DNA of 63,537 bases, counting the filler. It is 6 parts of 6 records of this genome, joined end to end, with 100 filler letters (N's around TTAATTAATTAA, not from the genome) between each part and the next. Parts side by side here need not be neighbours in the genome. Positions count along the whole stretch, not along the records: positions 7,212 to 19,757 come from SRR31156797_11072; positions 19,858 to 36,291 come from SRR31156797_11073; 4 more parts are not named here. One strand, written 5' to 3'. The notes beneath the pieces are model-generated. The model worked only from the letters and a program-made list of their open reading frames with translations. It had not been told where the DNA came from and made no database searches. Both the position numbers and the translations under genes were made by a program. This document shows, in pieces, positions 18,935 to 28,527 of the stretch. Positions within the stretch are counted from its first letter, which is position 1. Each line of letters begins with the position of its first letter.

Positions 18935-19723
18935 TTATTTCATTCTCACTAAAAGCGGTTTTATAAACCACACAAATAATGCAGCCGCCATAAATGCAAT
19001 AACGGTTCCCCATAAAACTCCAATTGTATTATAAAGCAAATGGACCAATATCGCATAAATTACAATATTTACAGATGCCAATATCATAGTTTTACCTACA
19101 GCTTGTGCAAATTTGGCTCCTTGAGAGATAGTTAAGATCGTCATTGAACTCAACATTACTGCAGGAAAAGTGGAAAAAATACCTGTCCAAAAACTATTGG
19201 CAAAGGTACTAATTGCAACAGTTGTGCCAACAACTGAACCAGCAAATATAGTTCTAACAGCCACTATCCACCATTTGAATGTTCTTTTTTGCTTACCAAC
19301 TGATCTGATTTTAAAAACATATTCCAATAAATAAAATATAATAATCGTGGCAGCAAAATAAAGACCTAATGAATATAAAATTGTTATCTGTGCAGATTGT
19401 GAAACCAACCAGGCCAGGAAAAACCAAACGGATAATGCGCTTATTGCAGCAAAAACTAAATGAAATCGCAACATTAAAATATATGTAAACAAAAAAACTG
19501 TATTAATTGCCATTCCTAGTGGAGCTGCAAGGGCTGCATCAGCAGCATATTCTGGTGTTCGAACAATTGCCACATATACCAATGAAACCAAAATAGTTGA
19601 AGGCAGGTTGGCAATAGCACCTCCGGCTTTACTACCAAGCTTTTCAGCCAACAACGTAGCCATGGCAATCCAAATTCCTGCGATAAGAAATGATTGTACT
19701 ATTTGAATCCAAAATTCTTGCAT
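18935..19723 (-). CDS. Membrane protein, DUF3147-like with internal duplication
   Basis: Two related halves (GGAIANLPST / GIFSTFPAV); about 8 TM segments. Confidence 0.6.
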   Translation of the reverse strand: MQEFWIQIVQSFLIAGIWIAMATLLAEKLGSKAGGAIANLPSTILVSLVYVAIVRTPEYAADAALAAPLGMAINTVFLFTYILMLRFHLVFAAISALSVWFFLAWLVSQSAQITILYSLGLYFAATIIIFYLLEYVFKIRSVGKQKRTFKWWIVAVRTIFAGSVVGTTVAISTFANSFWTGIFSTFPAVMLSSMTILTISQGAKFAQAVGKTMILASVNIVIYAILVHLLYNTIGVLWGTVIAFMAAALFVWFIKPLLVRMK

Positions 19724-19857
19724 AAGAAGTCTTTGTAAGAAAACTCCGATAACTGCGNNNNNNNNNNNNNNNNNNNNNNNNNNNNNNNNNNNNNNNNNNN
19801 NTTAATTAATTAANNNNNNNNNNNNNNNNNNNNNNNNNNNNNNNNNNNNNNNNNNNN

Positions 19858-20034
19858 CTGCGGCGGATGGTTGCATTGTTCTTTGTTTGTCAATGATTTT
19901 TTGCAGAACCATCAGAAACACACGGATGCAGAGCTGGCACAATCCAAAAAAAGTGATGAAAAGACATAGTGTCCTCAACTCCTTTTCTGCACAACGATAA
20001 TTTAAAAACTGCGATTGAGGACTTCTACAAAGTC
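19858..20034 (-). mobile_element. Partial second copy of the MITE-like element at 31534-31942
   Basis: Reverse complement starts GACTTTGTAGAAGTCCTCA (cf. GACTCTGTAGAAATCCTCA) and contains GACAAACAAAGAACAATGCAACCATCCGCCGCAG (cf. GACAGGCAAAGAACAATGCTGCCCCCCACCGCAG at ~31800). Confidence 0.8.
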
Positions 20035-20044
20035 CGTTTCTTAA

Positions 20045-20818
20045 TCAGACCTCAAGGTCAATTCCCAGAGGACAGTGATCCGAGCCCATTACATCAGTCA
20101 GAATGAATGAATCCTTAATGTTGTCGCTGATATCGTCACTTGCGAAGAAGTAATCGATTCTCCAGCCCACATTCCGTTCCCTTGCCCTGGTCCTCATACT
20201 CCACCAGGTGTAGTTCTCAGGTTCAGTGTTAAACATTCTGAAAGTGTCCACATAGCCATTATCAAGAAGCTTATCTATCCATGCGCGCTCCTTAGGAAGA
20301 AAACCCGAAGTTTTTTCGTTATCCTTTGGTCGGGCGAGATCTATTTCCTTGTGCGCGGTGTTCACATCCCCACAGACAATGATCTTTTTGCCCATGGACC
20401 TGAGGGTGTTTGCATGATCAAGGAATGCATCGTAGAACTCCATTTTATAATCCAGTCTCTCAGATGATGCCTTGCCGTTGGGGAAGTATATATTATAGAG
20501 GACAAAGTCCCCGAAATCTGCTATCTGGGTTCGCCCTTCGCTGTCAAACTTATCTATACCGAATCCGCATTTGATATCAACCGGCTCTTTGTTGGTGTAA
20601 AGCGCAACACCACTGTAGCCTTTTTTCTCAGCAGATGCGAAATAGTTATAGTAACCATCGATCTCAAGCAGCTCTTCAGGTAGCTGTTCCCTCCTGGCTT
20701 TGGTCTCCTGAATACAGAATATATCCGGCTTTTCCTCATTGAACCAGTCCAGAAGACCTTTTTTATAGGCTGCCCTGATACCATTTACATTCCATGAAAT
20801 TATCCTTAACTTGCTCAT
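20045..20818 (-). CDS. xth: Exodeoxyribonuclease III / AP endonuclease
   Basis: SWNVNG, QETK, YFPNG, GDVN, WRIDY, GSDHCP. Confidence 0.95.
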   Translation of the reverse strand: MSKLRIISWNVNGIRAAYKKGLLDWFNEEKPDIFCIQETKARREQLPEELLEIDGYYNYFASAEKKGYSGVALYTNKEPVDIKCGFGIDKFDSEGRTQIADFGDFVLYNIYFPNGKASSERLDYKMEFYDAFLDHANTLRSMGKKIIVCGDVNTAHKEIDLARPKDNEKTSGFLPKERAWIDKLLDNGYVDTFRMFNTEPENYTWWSMRTRARERNVGWRIDYFFASDDISDNIKDSFILTDVMGSDHCPLGIDLEV

Positions 20819-20982
20819 ATTCTGCCTCCGGAAACTTTGATGAGTATTTGAGAACTTATCCATTAAGTACCTTGCTCAACATCCTGCCTTTTACCCGAAC
20901 CCGAAAAAGCATATTCCTATTTAGAAAAACCATAATATATAGTTCTAAATAGGTCTAAATACTAAATAAGAACAAAGCTTAA

Positions 20983-21014
20983 ATAATAATAATTCTTATT
21001 TAGAATTGTTCTTA
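20983..21014 (+). promoter_or_regulatory. Putative Per/Fur boxes upstream of the perR-like gene
   Basis: TAATAATAATTCTTA and TTAGAATTGTTCTTA resemble the 7-1-7 Per box TTATAATnATTATAA. Confidence 0.4.
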
Positions 21015-21057
21015 CATAAGATATCTGAGAAGCATAAGAACAAAAAGTGGGATTAGC

Positions 21058-21453
21058 ATGAAACAAGCAGACATCAAATATACAAACCAGCGGATCGAGA
21101 TCCTGGATTTCCTCAGGGAATTTGATGGTCATCCTACAGTTGATGATGTCTATGAGGGAGTAAGGCAAAAATTAACACGGATCAGCAAGGCTACGGTTTA
21201 TAATAATCTGAAATTCCTGGCTGAAAAAGGGTTGATAAAGGAGGTAAATGTCAAAGGGGTTTCAAGGTTCGAATCAAATCTGGAACCGCACCACCACACA
21301 ATATGCCTAGAATGCGGAGAGATAACAGACTACCAGTCAGAAGAACTTAGCGAATATGCTATGAAAATAGCAGAAGGGATCGACGATTTCAAAATAGAGT
21401 CATTAGACACTAACTTTTACGGAATATGTAAGAAATGTATGGAGATGGAGTAA
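21058..21453 (+). CDS. Fur/PerR-family transcriptional regulator
   Basis: HPTVD, ATVYNNL, HHHTICLECG, CKKC. Confidence 0.92.
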   Translation: MKQADIKYTNQRIEILDFLREFDGHPTVDDVYEGVRQKLTRISKATVYNNLKFLAEKGLIKEVNVKGVSRFESNLEPHHHTICLECGEITDYQSEELSEYAMKIAEGIDDFKIESLDTNFYGICKKCMEME

Positions 21454-21454
21454 T

Positions 21455-22129
21455 ATGGAAGAAGAAATAGTAACAATGCCACTTATCGGAGACGATGCAC
21501 CGACATTCAAAGCGAAAACAACAATGGGAGAGATTAATTTCCCTAAAGATTACAAAGGGAAGTGGGTAATTCTTTTCAGTCACCCTGCAGATTTCACCCC
21601 TGTTTGTACAACTGAATTTATGACCTTTGCAACAATGCAGGAAGAATTCAGGGAGTTAAACACAGAACTTATTGGTCTTTCCATCGACAGCATATACGCA
21701 CACATCGCATGGCTCAGGACTATCAAAGAAAAGATAGTGTACAATGGAATGAAAGATGTCGAGGTAAATTTCCCGGTCATTGAAGATCTTAAGATGGATG
21801 TTGCAAAGAAGTTCGGAATGGTACAGCCAAATGCATCAGACACCCAGGCAGTAAGGGCAGTATTCATGATGGACCCTAAGGCAAAAGTAAGAGCTATCCT
21901 GTACTATCCACTTTCCAATGGCAGGAACATGGATGAGATCAAGAGGATCATGCTTGCAATGCAGAAATCCGATGCAGAAAATGTTGCAACTCCTGCAAAC
22001 TGGCAACCAGGAGATGACGTCATTATCCCACCTCCAGGATCATGCGGAACTGCAAAGGAAAGAGTTGAGACCGAAGAAGAAGGTAAGTACTGCCTTGACT
22101 GGTTCATGTGCCTCAGGAAACAGTCTTAA
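21455..22129 (+). CDS. Peroxiredoxin (Prx6/archaeal TPx type)
   Basis: HPADFTPVCTTE peroxidatic motif; C-terminal Cys residues. Confidence 0.95.
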   Translation: MEEEIVTMPLIGDDAPTFKAKTTMGEINFPKDYKGKWVILFSHPADFTPVCTTEFMTFATMQEEFRELNTELIGLSIDSIYAHIAWLRTIKEKIVYNGMKDVEVNFPVIEDLKMDVAKKFGMVQPNASDTQAVRAVFMMDPKAKVRAILYYPLSNGRNMDEIKRIMLAMQKSDAENVATPANWQPGDDVIIPPPGSCGTAKERVETEEEGKYCLDWFMCLRKQS

Positions 22130-22165
22130 ATACTGAAGAATAATATACTCCATAGGTGACCTATT

Positions 22166-22663
22166 ATGGGAACAAAAGGCGTTGAAATACTAGGATTAGA
22201 TGTAAACGAATTGATAGATTTACTGAACAAGGCACTTGCAGATGAATGGCTTGCATACTACCAGTACTGGGTCGGTGCAAAGGTCATCAAAGGTCCTATG
22301 AGAGAAGCTGCTGTAGCTGAACTTATAGAGCATGCAAATGATGAACTTCGCCATGCGGACATGGTTGCTAACAGAATCCTGCAACTTGGCGGAACACCGG
22401 TACTTTCCCCACAGGAATGGTACAATGTCACAAACTGCGGATATGAAGCTCCAGATGATCCTTTTGTAAAGAAGATCCTTGAGCAGAATATAAAAGGAGA
22501 GCAGTGTGCCATCCAGGTCTACAGCAACATCCTGGATAAGGTCAAGGATAAAGACCCTGTAACCTACGAAATCGTGTTACAGATCCTCACGGATGAGATC
22601 GAACACGAGGATGACCTACAGGCAGTTATGGAAGATATCGAACTTATGCAGAGAAGAGACTAA
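22166..22663 (+). CDS. Ferritin-like DPS-like (DpsL) protein
   Basis: ADEWLAYYQY, DELRH and DEIEH di-iron ligands; NCGY and EQCAI cysteines. Confidence 0.85.
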   Translation: MGTKGVEILGLDVNELIDLLNKALADEWLAYYQYWVGAKVIKGPMREAAVAELIEHANDELRHADMVANRILQLGGTPVLSPQEWYNVTNCGYEAPDDPFVKKILEQNIKGEQCAIQVYSNILDKVKDKDPVTYEIVLQILTDEIEHEDDLQAVMEDIELMQRRD

Positions 22664-22687
22664 CCTTCTTTCATATTGTGGGATTGG

Positions 22688-22720
22688 CATTTCCTGTTCC
22701 TTTCCAGGGGACAGGAAATG
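22688..22720 (+). terminator. Hairpin downstream of the oxidative-stress operon
   Basis: CATTTCCTGT...ACAGGAAATG perfect 10-bp stem. Confidence 0.45.
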
Positions 22721-22969
22721 TATCATCTACTTTTATACTATATTTTCTTAACTTTTTTCATTAATTGGCAGAAATACTTGTTTTTGCTTGTTTTATCATA
22801 ATTGCAGGATTTTCGGATCAACTGTTTCTGCGATAGATATATTTACATGGATGTTTGTTAGACTTAATCATTAAATAACCGTGTAAAAATAAAGATCTTT
22901 TATAAAATGTACTGTATATAGCATACCGATCAACTCATTAATCGTACATTCAAGATCTACGGAGATAAC

Positions 22970-25204
22970 ATGCATCTCATCATAGCAGAAAAACACATTG
23001 CAGCAAAAAGGATAGCAGCAATCCTGGCTCCCAATAAACCAAAGCAAGTCCGTGTAAGTGGAGTAGACACTTATGAAGACGTGTCGGGTGAGGAGAGAAA
23101 GGTATTCATCGGCCTTAGCGGGCACATAGTAAAACTCGATTTTCCAAAGGCATATAACAACTGGCAGAAGGTAGAGGCTAACGAACTCATAGGTGCTGAA
23201 ATAATCACCTCTTCGACCCAGGTGAAGATAGTAGCTGCGCTGAAGAAGCTTGGAAAGGAAGCCACCAGAGTTACCATCGCGACTGACTACGACAGGGAAG
23301 GAGAGCTCATAGGCGTTGAAGCTCTCGATATCATCAAAGGAGTGAAACCTGATGTGCCATTTGAACGTGTACATTACAGTGCGATTACACCAAAGGCCAT
23401 CGATGAAGCATTCTCAAATCCTTCAGATGTCGATTTCGATCTGGCCGATGCCGGACATTCAAGACAAGTGATAGACCTTGTATGGGGCGCATCACTTACC
23501 CGATATATATCCCTTTCTGCAGGTCGTCTTGGAAAGATGTTCCTGTCAGTGGGCAGAGTACAGTCACCAACACTTTCACTAATAGTGGAACGTGAAAAAG
23601 AAAGAGAGGCATTTATTTCAGAGCCCTACTGGGAACTCTCTGCAATGCTGAAGAGTAAAGGCGGAGAGGAGTTTAAGGTAGAACACCGCACAAAACGTTT
23701 CTGGGACAAGGCGGAAGTGGATGCTGCAATGCAAAAGATAGCAGCCGGTGACGATGCACTTGTAACAGAAATAAAAACATCGGAAAAAACCGATAAAACC
23801 CCAACACCTTTTAACACGACTGAATTTATAGGCGCTGCAAGTTCCATTGGTTTTACAGCTGCCAATGCAATGAGAATCGCTGAAACTCTTTATACTAACG
23901 GTTTTATCTCGTACCCCAGAACCGACAACACAGTGTACCCTGAAAGTCTTGATCTTCGGGCACAGATTGAGATCTTCAAGACCGGACCATTTAAACAATA
24001 TGCTCTTAAGCTGCTGGAAAAGAAAGAACTTGTACCTACAAAAGGTAAAAAGGAAACAACCGATCACCCACCTATCTTCCCTGCATCCCTTGCCAAAAAA
24101 ACCGAGATGAATGAGCAGGAATGGAAACTTTACGAACTTGTTGTCAGGCGTTTCTTTGCAACCTTTGCAGATCCTGCAAAATGGGAAACAATCAAATCAA
24201 AATTTGATATCAAAGGTGAGGACTTCAAAGCCAACGGTGCAAGACTTGTAGAGCCAGGGTGGAGATGGTATTACCACTATAATGCACCGGAAGACAGATT
24301 GCTTCCTAAAATGGAAGAAGGAGACATACACTCCGTGCTTAAGATCGATATGGAAGCAAAAGAGACCCAGCCACCTGGAAGGTACGGTCAGGGAAGACTC
24401 ATCAAGATAATGGAAGAACTCGGACTTGGTACCAAAGCTACCAGACACGAGATCATAAGTAAGCTCTATTCCAGGGCATATGTTCACGGGAATCCGCTTC
24501 AACCGACGAAAACAGCAATTGCCGTTGTTGATGCACTTGAGAAGTTCGCACCTACAATATCCAAACCTGACATGACCAGCAAGCTTGAAGAGGACATGGA
24601 CAGGATTGCAGAAGGCGGCATTCCTGAAGAAGATGTGTTGGGTGAATCCAGGGAAATGCTGGAACTTGTATTCTCGGAGCTTGAGAAGAACAAGGAAGAT
24701 ATCACTGAATCACTTCGCGCAGGTCTTCGCGAGGATAAAATAATAGGCACATGCTCAAAGTGTGGATCAAATCTCATGGTCATGAGATCTAAACGTGGAT
24801 CACGGTTCATTGGCTGTGAAGGCTATCCGGATTGTAATTTTTCCCTGCCGCTGCCTCGCTCGGGTCAGGTCATAGTCACTGACAAACAATGTGAAGATCA
24901 TGGACTCTATCATATACGTATCATCAATGCAGGAAAAAGGCCCTGGAATCTCGGATGCCCCGAATGCAACTTTATAGAATGGCAGAAAACCCAGGAAGAA
25001 GAAAGACAAAAGCAGAATGTCGATAAAGAACGTCCTGAAAAACTAAAAGATATCACAGGCATTGGAAAAGTCACTGAGGAAAAACTTGCAGATGCAGGTA
25101 TCTGCAGCGTTAACGAGTTATGTGAAGCCGATGCACTGGAACTTGCAAAAGTTACAAGTATACCTGTTAAGAAAATAAAGAACTGGCAGGCTGAAATTGT
25201 CTGA
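22970..25204 (+). CDS. topA: DNA topoisomerase IA with zinc ribbons and C-terminal HhH
   Basis: IAEK, ATDYDREGE, GRVQSPTL, ISYPRTD, C4 zinc fingers. Confidence 0.96.
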   Translation: MHLIIAEKHIAAKRIAAILAPNKPKQVRVSGVDTYEDVSGEERKVFIGLSGHIVKLDFPKAYNNWQKVEANELIGAEIITSSTQVKIVAALKKLGKEATRVTIATDYDREGELIGVEALDIIKGVKPDVPFERVHYSAITPKAIDEAFSNPSDVDFDLADAGHSRQVIDLVWGASLTRYISLSAGRLGKMFLSVGRVQSPTLSLIVEREKEREAFISEPYWELSAMLKSKGGEEFKVEHRTKRFWDKAEVDAAMQKIAAGDDALVTEIKTSEKTDKTPTPFNTTEFIGAASSIGFTAANAMRIAETLYTNGFISYPRTDNTVYPESLDLRAQIEIFKTGPFKQYALKLLEKKELVPTKGKKETTDHPPIFPASLAKKTEMNEQEWKLYELVVRRFFATFADPAKWETIKSKFDIKGEDFKANGARLVEPGWRWYYHYNAPEDRLLPKMEEGDIHSVLKIDMEAKETQPPGRYGQGRLIKIMEELGLGTKATRHEIISKLYSRAYVHGNPLQPTKTAIAVVDALEKFAPTISKPDMTSKLEEDMDRIAEGGIPEEDVLGESREMLELVFSELEKNKEDITESLRAGLREDKIIGTCSKCGSNLMVMRSKRGSRFIGCEGYPDCNFSLPLPRSGQVIVTDKQCEDHGLYHIRIINAGKRPWNLGCPECNFIEWQKTQEEERQKQNVDKERPEKLKDITGIGKVTEEKLADAGICSVNELCEADALELAKVTSIPVKKIKNWQAEIV

Positions 25205-25221
25205 CAGGAGAAAGGTAAAAA

Positions 25222-26460
25222 ATGGAACTGGAATTTAAAGGTGCATGCAGGGAAGTCGGAAGATCAGCGGTCCTGATAGATGACAAAATAATGATGGACT
25301 ACGGGGTTTCACCCGGGGACCATGTTCAGTATCCTGTGGACGGATCACGTCCTGAAGCTATTCTGGTATCTCACGCCCATATTGATCACTCCGGTGCAGT
25401 TCCAAATCTTATGGACCTCGAACCTGAAGTATACATGACCCCACCCACATTTGACATGGCAAACATGCTGGCAAAGGACACCCTGAAGATAGCTGAAAGG
25501 GAAGGCAGAATGCCTGCATATGATTCCATCGATCTCTCAAAGTTCGCGCACCAGACCAAACAGGTTGACACAGGTGTTAAGTTCCACACCCACGGATTTG
25601 ATGTAGAGTTCTTAAATGCCGGACACATACCAGGTGCTGCAGCGATATACATAAAAGATAAAGAAAACAAGAGCCTTTTCTACACAGGGGATATCAATAC
25701 CTCGAATACCCGACTGGTGTCAGGGGCAGTTGAATTCCCAGATTCTGATGTGCTTATAACCGAAAGCACATATTTTGGCGATGAACATCCACCGCGCAGA
25801 GAGGTAGAAGAAGCATTCATAGACTCCGTGATGGATACACTTGACATTGGTGGCACTGTTATTGTTCCCGCTTTTGCAATCGGAAGAACACAGGAATTAC
25901 TAATGCTGCTGGATGCACATGGCATCAGACCCTATGTAGATGGAATGGGAGTTCAGGCATACAAGATCATGTCAAAGCACCATGAGTATATTCGCAACCC
26001 CACTCACCTCGAAAGAGCATTTGATAATGCAACCATGGTCAAGGGACGCAAAAGGGAGAGCCTCCGACTTGAGTCATCCGTGATCGTGACAACAGCTGGA
26101 ATGCTTAACGGAGGACCGGTTCTGCGCTACATAGAAAGAATTTACAAGGATCCAAAGTCAAAAATCATACTAAGCGGCTATCAGGTAGAGGGAACAAACG
26201 GCAGAATGGCCATGGATACAGGTAACATCGAGGTTGATGGAGCAATCAGGCACTTAAAACCAAAGATTGAACAATATGATTTCTCTGCACACTCAGGAGA
26301 TAAAGAACTCAAAGAAATGGTAAAAGATTTCTGTGACAGGGGAACTGAACGTGTTTTCACCATGCATGGCGATAACTGTGAAGGTTTTGCAGACTGGATC
26401 AAAGAAGAAACAGGTGTAGAAGCATACGCACCTGAAATTGGCGAGCGCTTTACGATTTAA
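25222..26460 (+). CDS. MBL-fold beta-CASP ribonuclease
   Basis: SHAHIDHSG, AGHIPG, YTGD, ESTY, FSAH. Confidence 0.9.
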   Translation: MELEFKGACREVGRSAVLIDDKIMMDYGVSPGDHVQYPVDGSRPEAILVSHAHIDHSGAVPNLMDLEPEVYMTPPTFDMANMLAKDTLKIAEREGRMPAYDSIDLSKFAHQTKQVDTGVKFHTHGFDVEFLNAGHIPGAAAIYIKDKENKSLFYTGDINTSNTRLVSGAVEFPDSDVLITESTYFGDEHPPRREVEEAFIDSVMDTLDIGGTVIVPAFAIGRTQELLMLLDAHGIRPYVDGMGVQAYKIMSKHHEYIRNPTHLERAFDNATMVKGRKRESLRLESSVIVTTAGMLNGGPVLRYIERIYKDPKSKIILSGYQVEGTNGRMAMDTGNIEVDGAIRHLKPKIEQYDFSAHSGDKELKEMVKDFCDRGTERVFTMHGDNCEGFADWIKEETGVEAYAPEIGERFTI

Positions 26461-26477
26461 TTTTTAAAGAAAAATAT

Positions 26478-27119
26478 CTACAAGCATGAAGTTCCCTTAT
26501 ATTTCATGCTATCATTTATTTTTTTGGTCTTGGCCATAGCAACCTTCAGGCTCTCTATAGCATCAGGATGGTCTGGGTCAATTTTCAGAACCCTTGTAAA
26601 ACATTTTACCGCATCCTCATATTCTCCCAGACAGAAATAAGAACGGCCTTTCTTGTGCCATACAACAGCAAATTTGTTGTCCAGCTCAATTTCCTTGTGA
26701 ACCTTACTGTAGCATTCGATGGCTTCATTGTGTTGCCCCATCAATTCAAGCATATCACCTTTGCTGATCCAGGCATTTTCATTATCAGAATCTATGGAAA
26801 GAATACGATTGTAGCATTTGATGGCTTCTTCGTACCTGCCCATTTTAAACATTGCAACTCCCATGTTGCACCAGGCATCAATATCTTTTTTGTTAAGACG
26901 GACTGACTTTTTGAAGCATTCCAGTGCTTCCCCATCCCGTCCAAGAAAAGAAAGAGCTATCCCCTTATTGTTCCATACGAGCGAGATGGCTTCATCACTC
27001 CATAATTCAGGATCAAGATTCGGATTTTCAAGTATAAGAGTGAAATATTCAATCTTTTCCTCCGGATCTTCGGCATCAAATGCTAATTTGAACCATTCTT
27101 CCGGTGTATCAGATTCCAT
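26478..27119 (-). CDS. TPR-repeat protein
   Basis: Repeated WxNKG...G.yEEA..C helices. Confidence 0.88.
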   Translation of the reverse strand: MESDTPEEWFKLAFDAEDPEEKIEYFTLILENPNLDPELWSDEAISLVWNNKGIALSFLGRDGEALECFKKSVRLNKKDIDAWCNMGVAMFKMGRYEEAIKCYNRILSIDSDNENAWISKGDMLELMGQHNEAIECYSKVHKEIELDNKFAVVWHKKGRSYFCLGEYEDAVKCFTRVLKIDPDHPDAIESLKVAMAKTKKINDSMKYKGTSCL

Positions 27120-27305
27120 CCATCATCCAACTCCAAAATAATATCCTGTCAACATACTTTAAAGTGTGCTGCAAATCACAATTACAACTCAAATGTACAG
27201 AACATATTTATAAAGTTATCGAAATTATTCACCTGCGGGAAGGTTGTATATAAATAAAATGTTAGAAATTTCTAAAAACATCGAATTATTTGTGTCCGTT
27301 GCAGA

Positions 27306-27839
27306 CTAAATATTACCATCAAGTTTTTCTCTTACCTCATCTAGATGAATGACCTCGTTTGCATCTACCCCCACAAGACACATGCCTTTTTTATCCATGG
27401 CCCAAACCTGATATCTGTCATTTATATCATCAGGTACCTTCTCAGATGGCAGTGAGGCAGAATCTATGCAGCAAACCTTAATGTCAGGATACGCATCGGG
27501 ATTCAATTCAATTATAGAAATTACTTTTTTTAGTAAGCCCAGCAGGACATTAATGTCTTCATGATCCCAGTTTCTGATATCATCAGATATAAATGGAATA
27601 AGATTTTTTGCCACGCCCTGGTTTGCAAGTATTTTATTTGAAAGGCAGATTGAAGCATTATCATACTTGACATTATCATTTGGTCCCCTGAAGCAGAATA
27701 TACCTTCACTCACAAGTTGGTCAAGATCAAGAGGATTTTCCGAAGAAACAATTGCATTTTCCACAGTTTTAACGTCAAAACCATATTCATCTGCAATTCT
27801 TCTAATAGCCTTTTCTATAACAATACCGTTGTCTATCAT
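27306..27839 (-). CDS. Hypothetical protein
   Basis: 177-aa ORF co-oriented with its neighbours. Confidence 0.6.
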   Translation of the reverse strand: MIDNGIVIEKAIRRIADEYGFDVKTVENAIVSSENPLDLDQLVSEGIFCFRGPNDNVKYDNASICLSNKILANQGVAKNLIPFISDDIRNWDHEDINVLLGLLKKVISIIELNPDAYPDIKVCCIDSASLPSEKVPDDINDRYQVWAMDKKGMCLVGVDANEVIHLDEVREKLDGNI

Positions 27840-27863
27840 TGAAATACGTCCAGAAGGAAAATA

Positions 27864-28484
27864 CTATTTTGTTTCAGGATACAGGGTTTCAAGTTTCACC
27901 AGATCCGATGGTGTATTAATGTTAACAAAACTTTTAAGGTCTTTGTCTATCTTTTTGATAGAATCGGAATCAAGATACATGACATCCTTTAATGATGATA
28001 TCGGGGCAAGTATACTCCGATGACCCCCATCAATCGCATTTTCGATTGCATCAAGCATGGTATCCCTGTGATATATCGCATGAAGGGGCTCTTGTCTTCC
28101 ATATTCACTGACAGGTATAATAGCATCATGTTCGCCTATCATATCAAACATCACATCAATCAGTTCCCCGTTAAGAAATGGCATGTCACATGCCACTGTA
28201 AAAACATAATCGCCATCTGCCCTTTCAAAGCCTGAGAGCATGCCAGCAAGCGGACCTTCGTTTCTGATTTTGTCAGTTACGATTATCCGGCCTCCCAGAT
28301 ATTCAGAAAGTATCCTCAACTGAGAATTATCTCTGAGGGAGACCAGCACCTCATCAGAAACAGTATCAAGTACGCCAAGAGTACGCTCAAGCAACGTGTG
28401 ATCCTCACACACCATCAGTGCCTTTTCCCTGCAGGCAAGACGGGTGCCCAGGCCACCTGCCAGCAATAGTGAAGATCTTCTCAT
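27864..28484 (-). CDS. mobA: Molybdenum cofactor guanylyltransferase
   Basis: LAGGLGTRL, GPLAG, VACDMP, EPLHAIY, NINTP. Confidence 0.9.
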   Translation of the reverse strand: MRRSSLLLAGGLGTRLACREKALMVCEDHTLLERTLGVLDTVSDEVLVSLRDNSQLRILSEYLGGRIIVTDKIRNEGPLAGMLSGFERADGDYVFTVACDMPFLNGELIDVMFDMIGEHDAIIPVSEYGRQEPLHAIYHRDTMLDAIENAIDGGHRSILAPISSLKDVMYLDSDSIKKIDKDLKSFVNINTPSDLVKLETLYPETK

Positions 28485-28527
28485 AAAAACAAACTCCTCA
28501 AACCATTATCATAAAATCGGACAGATC

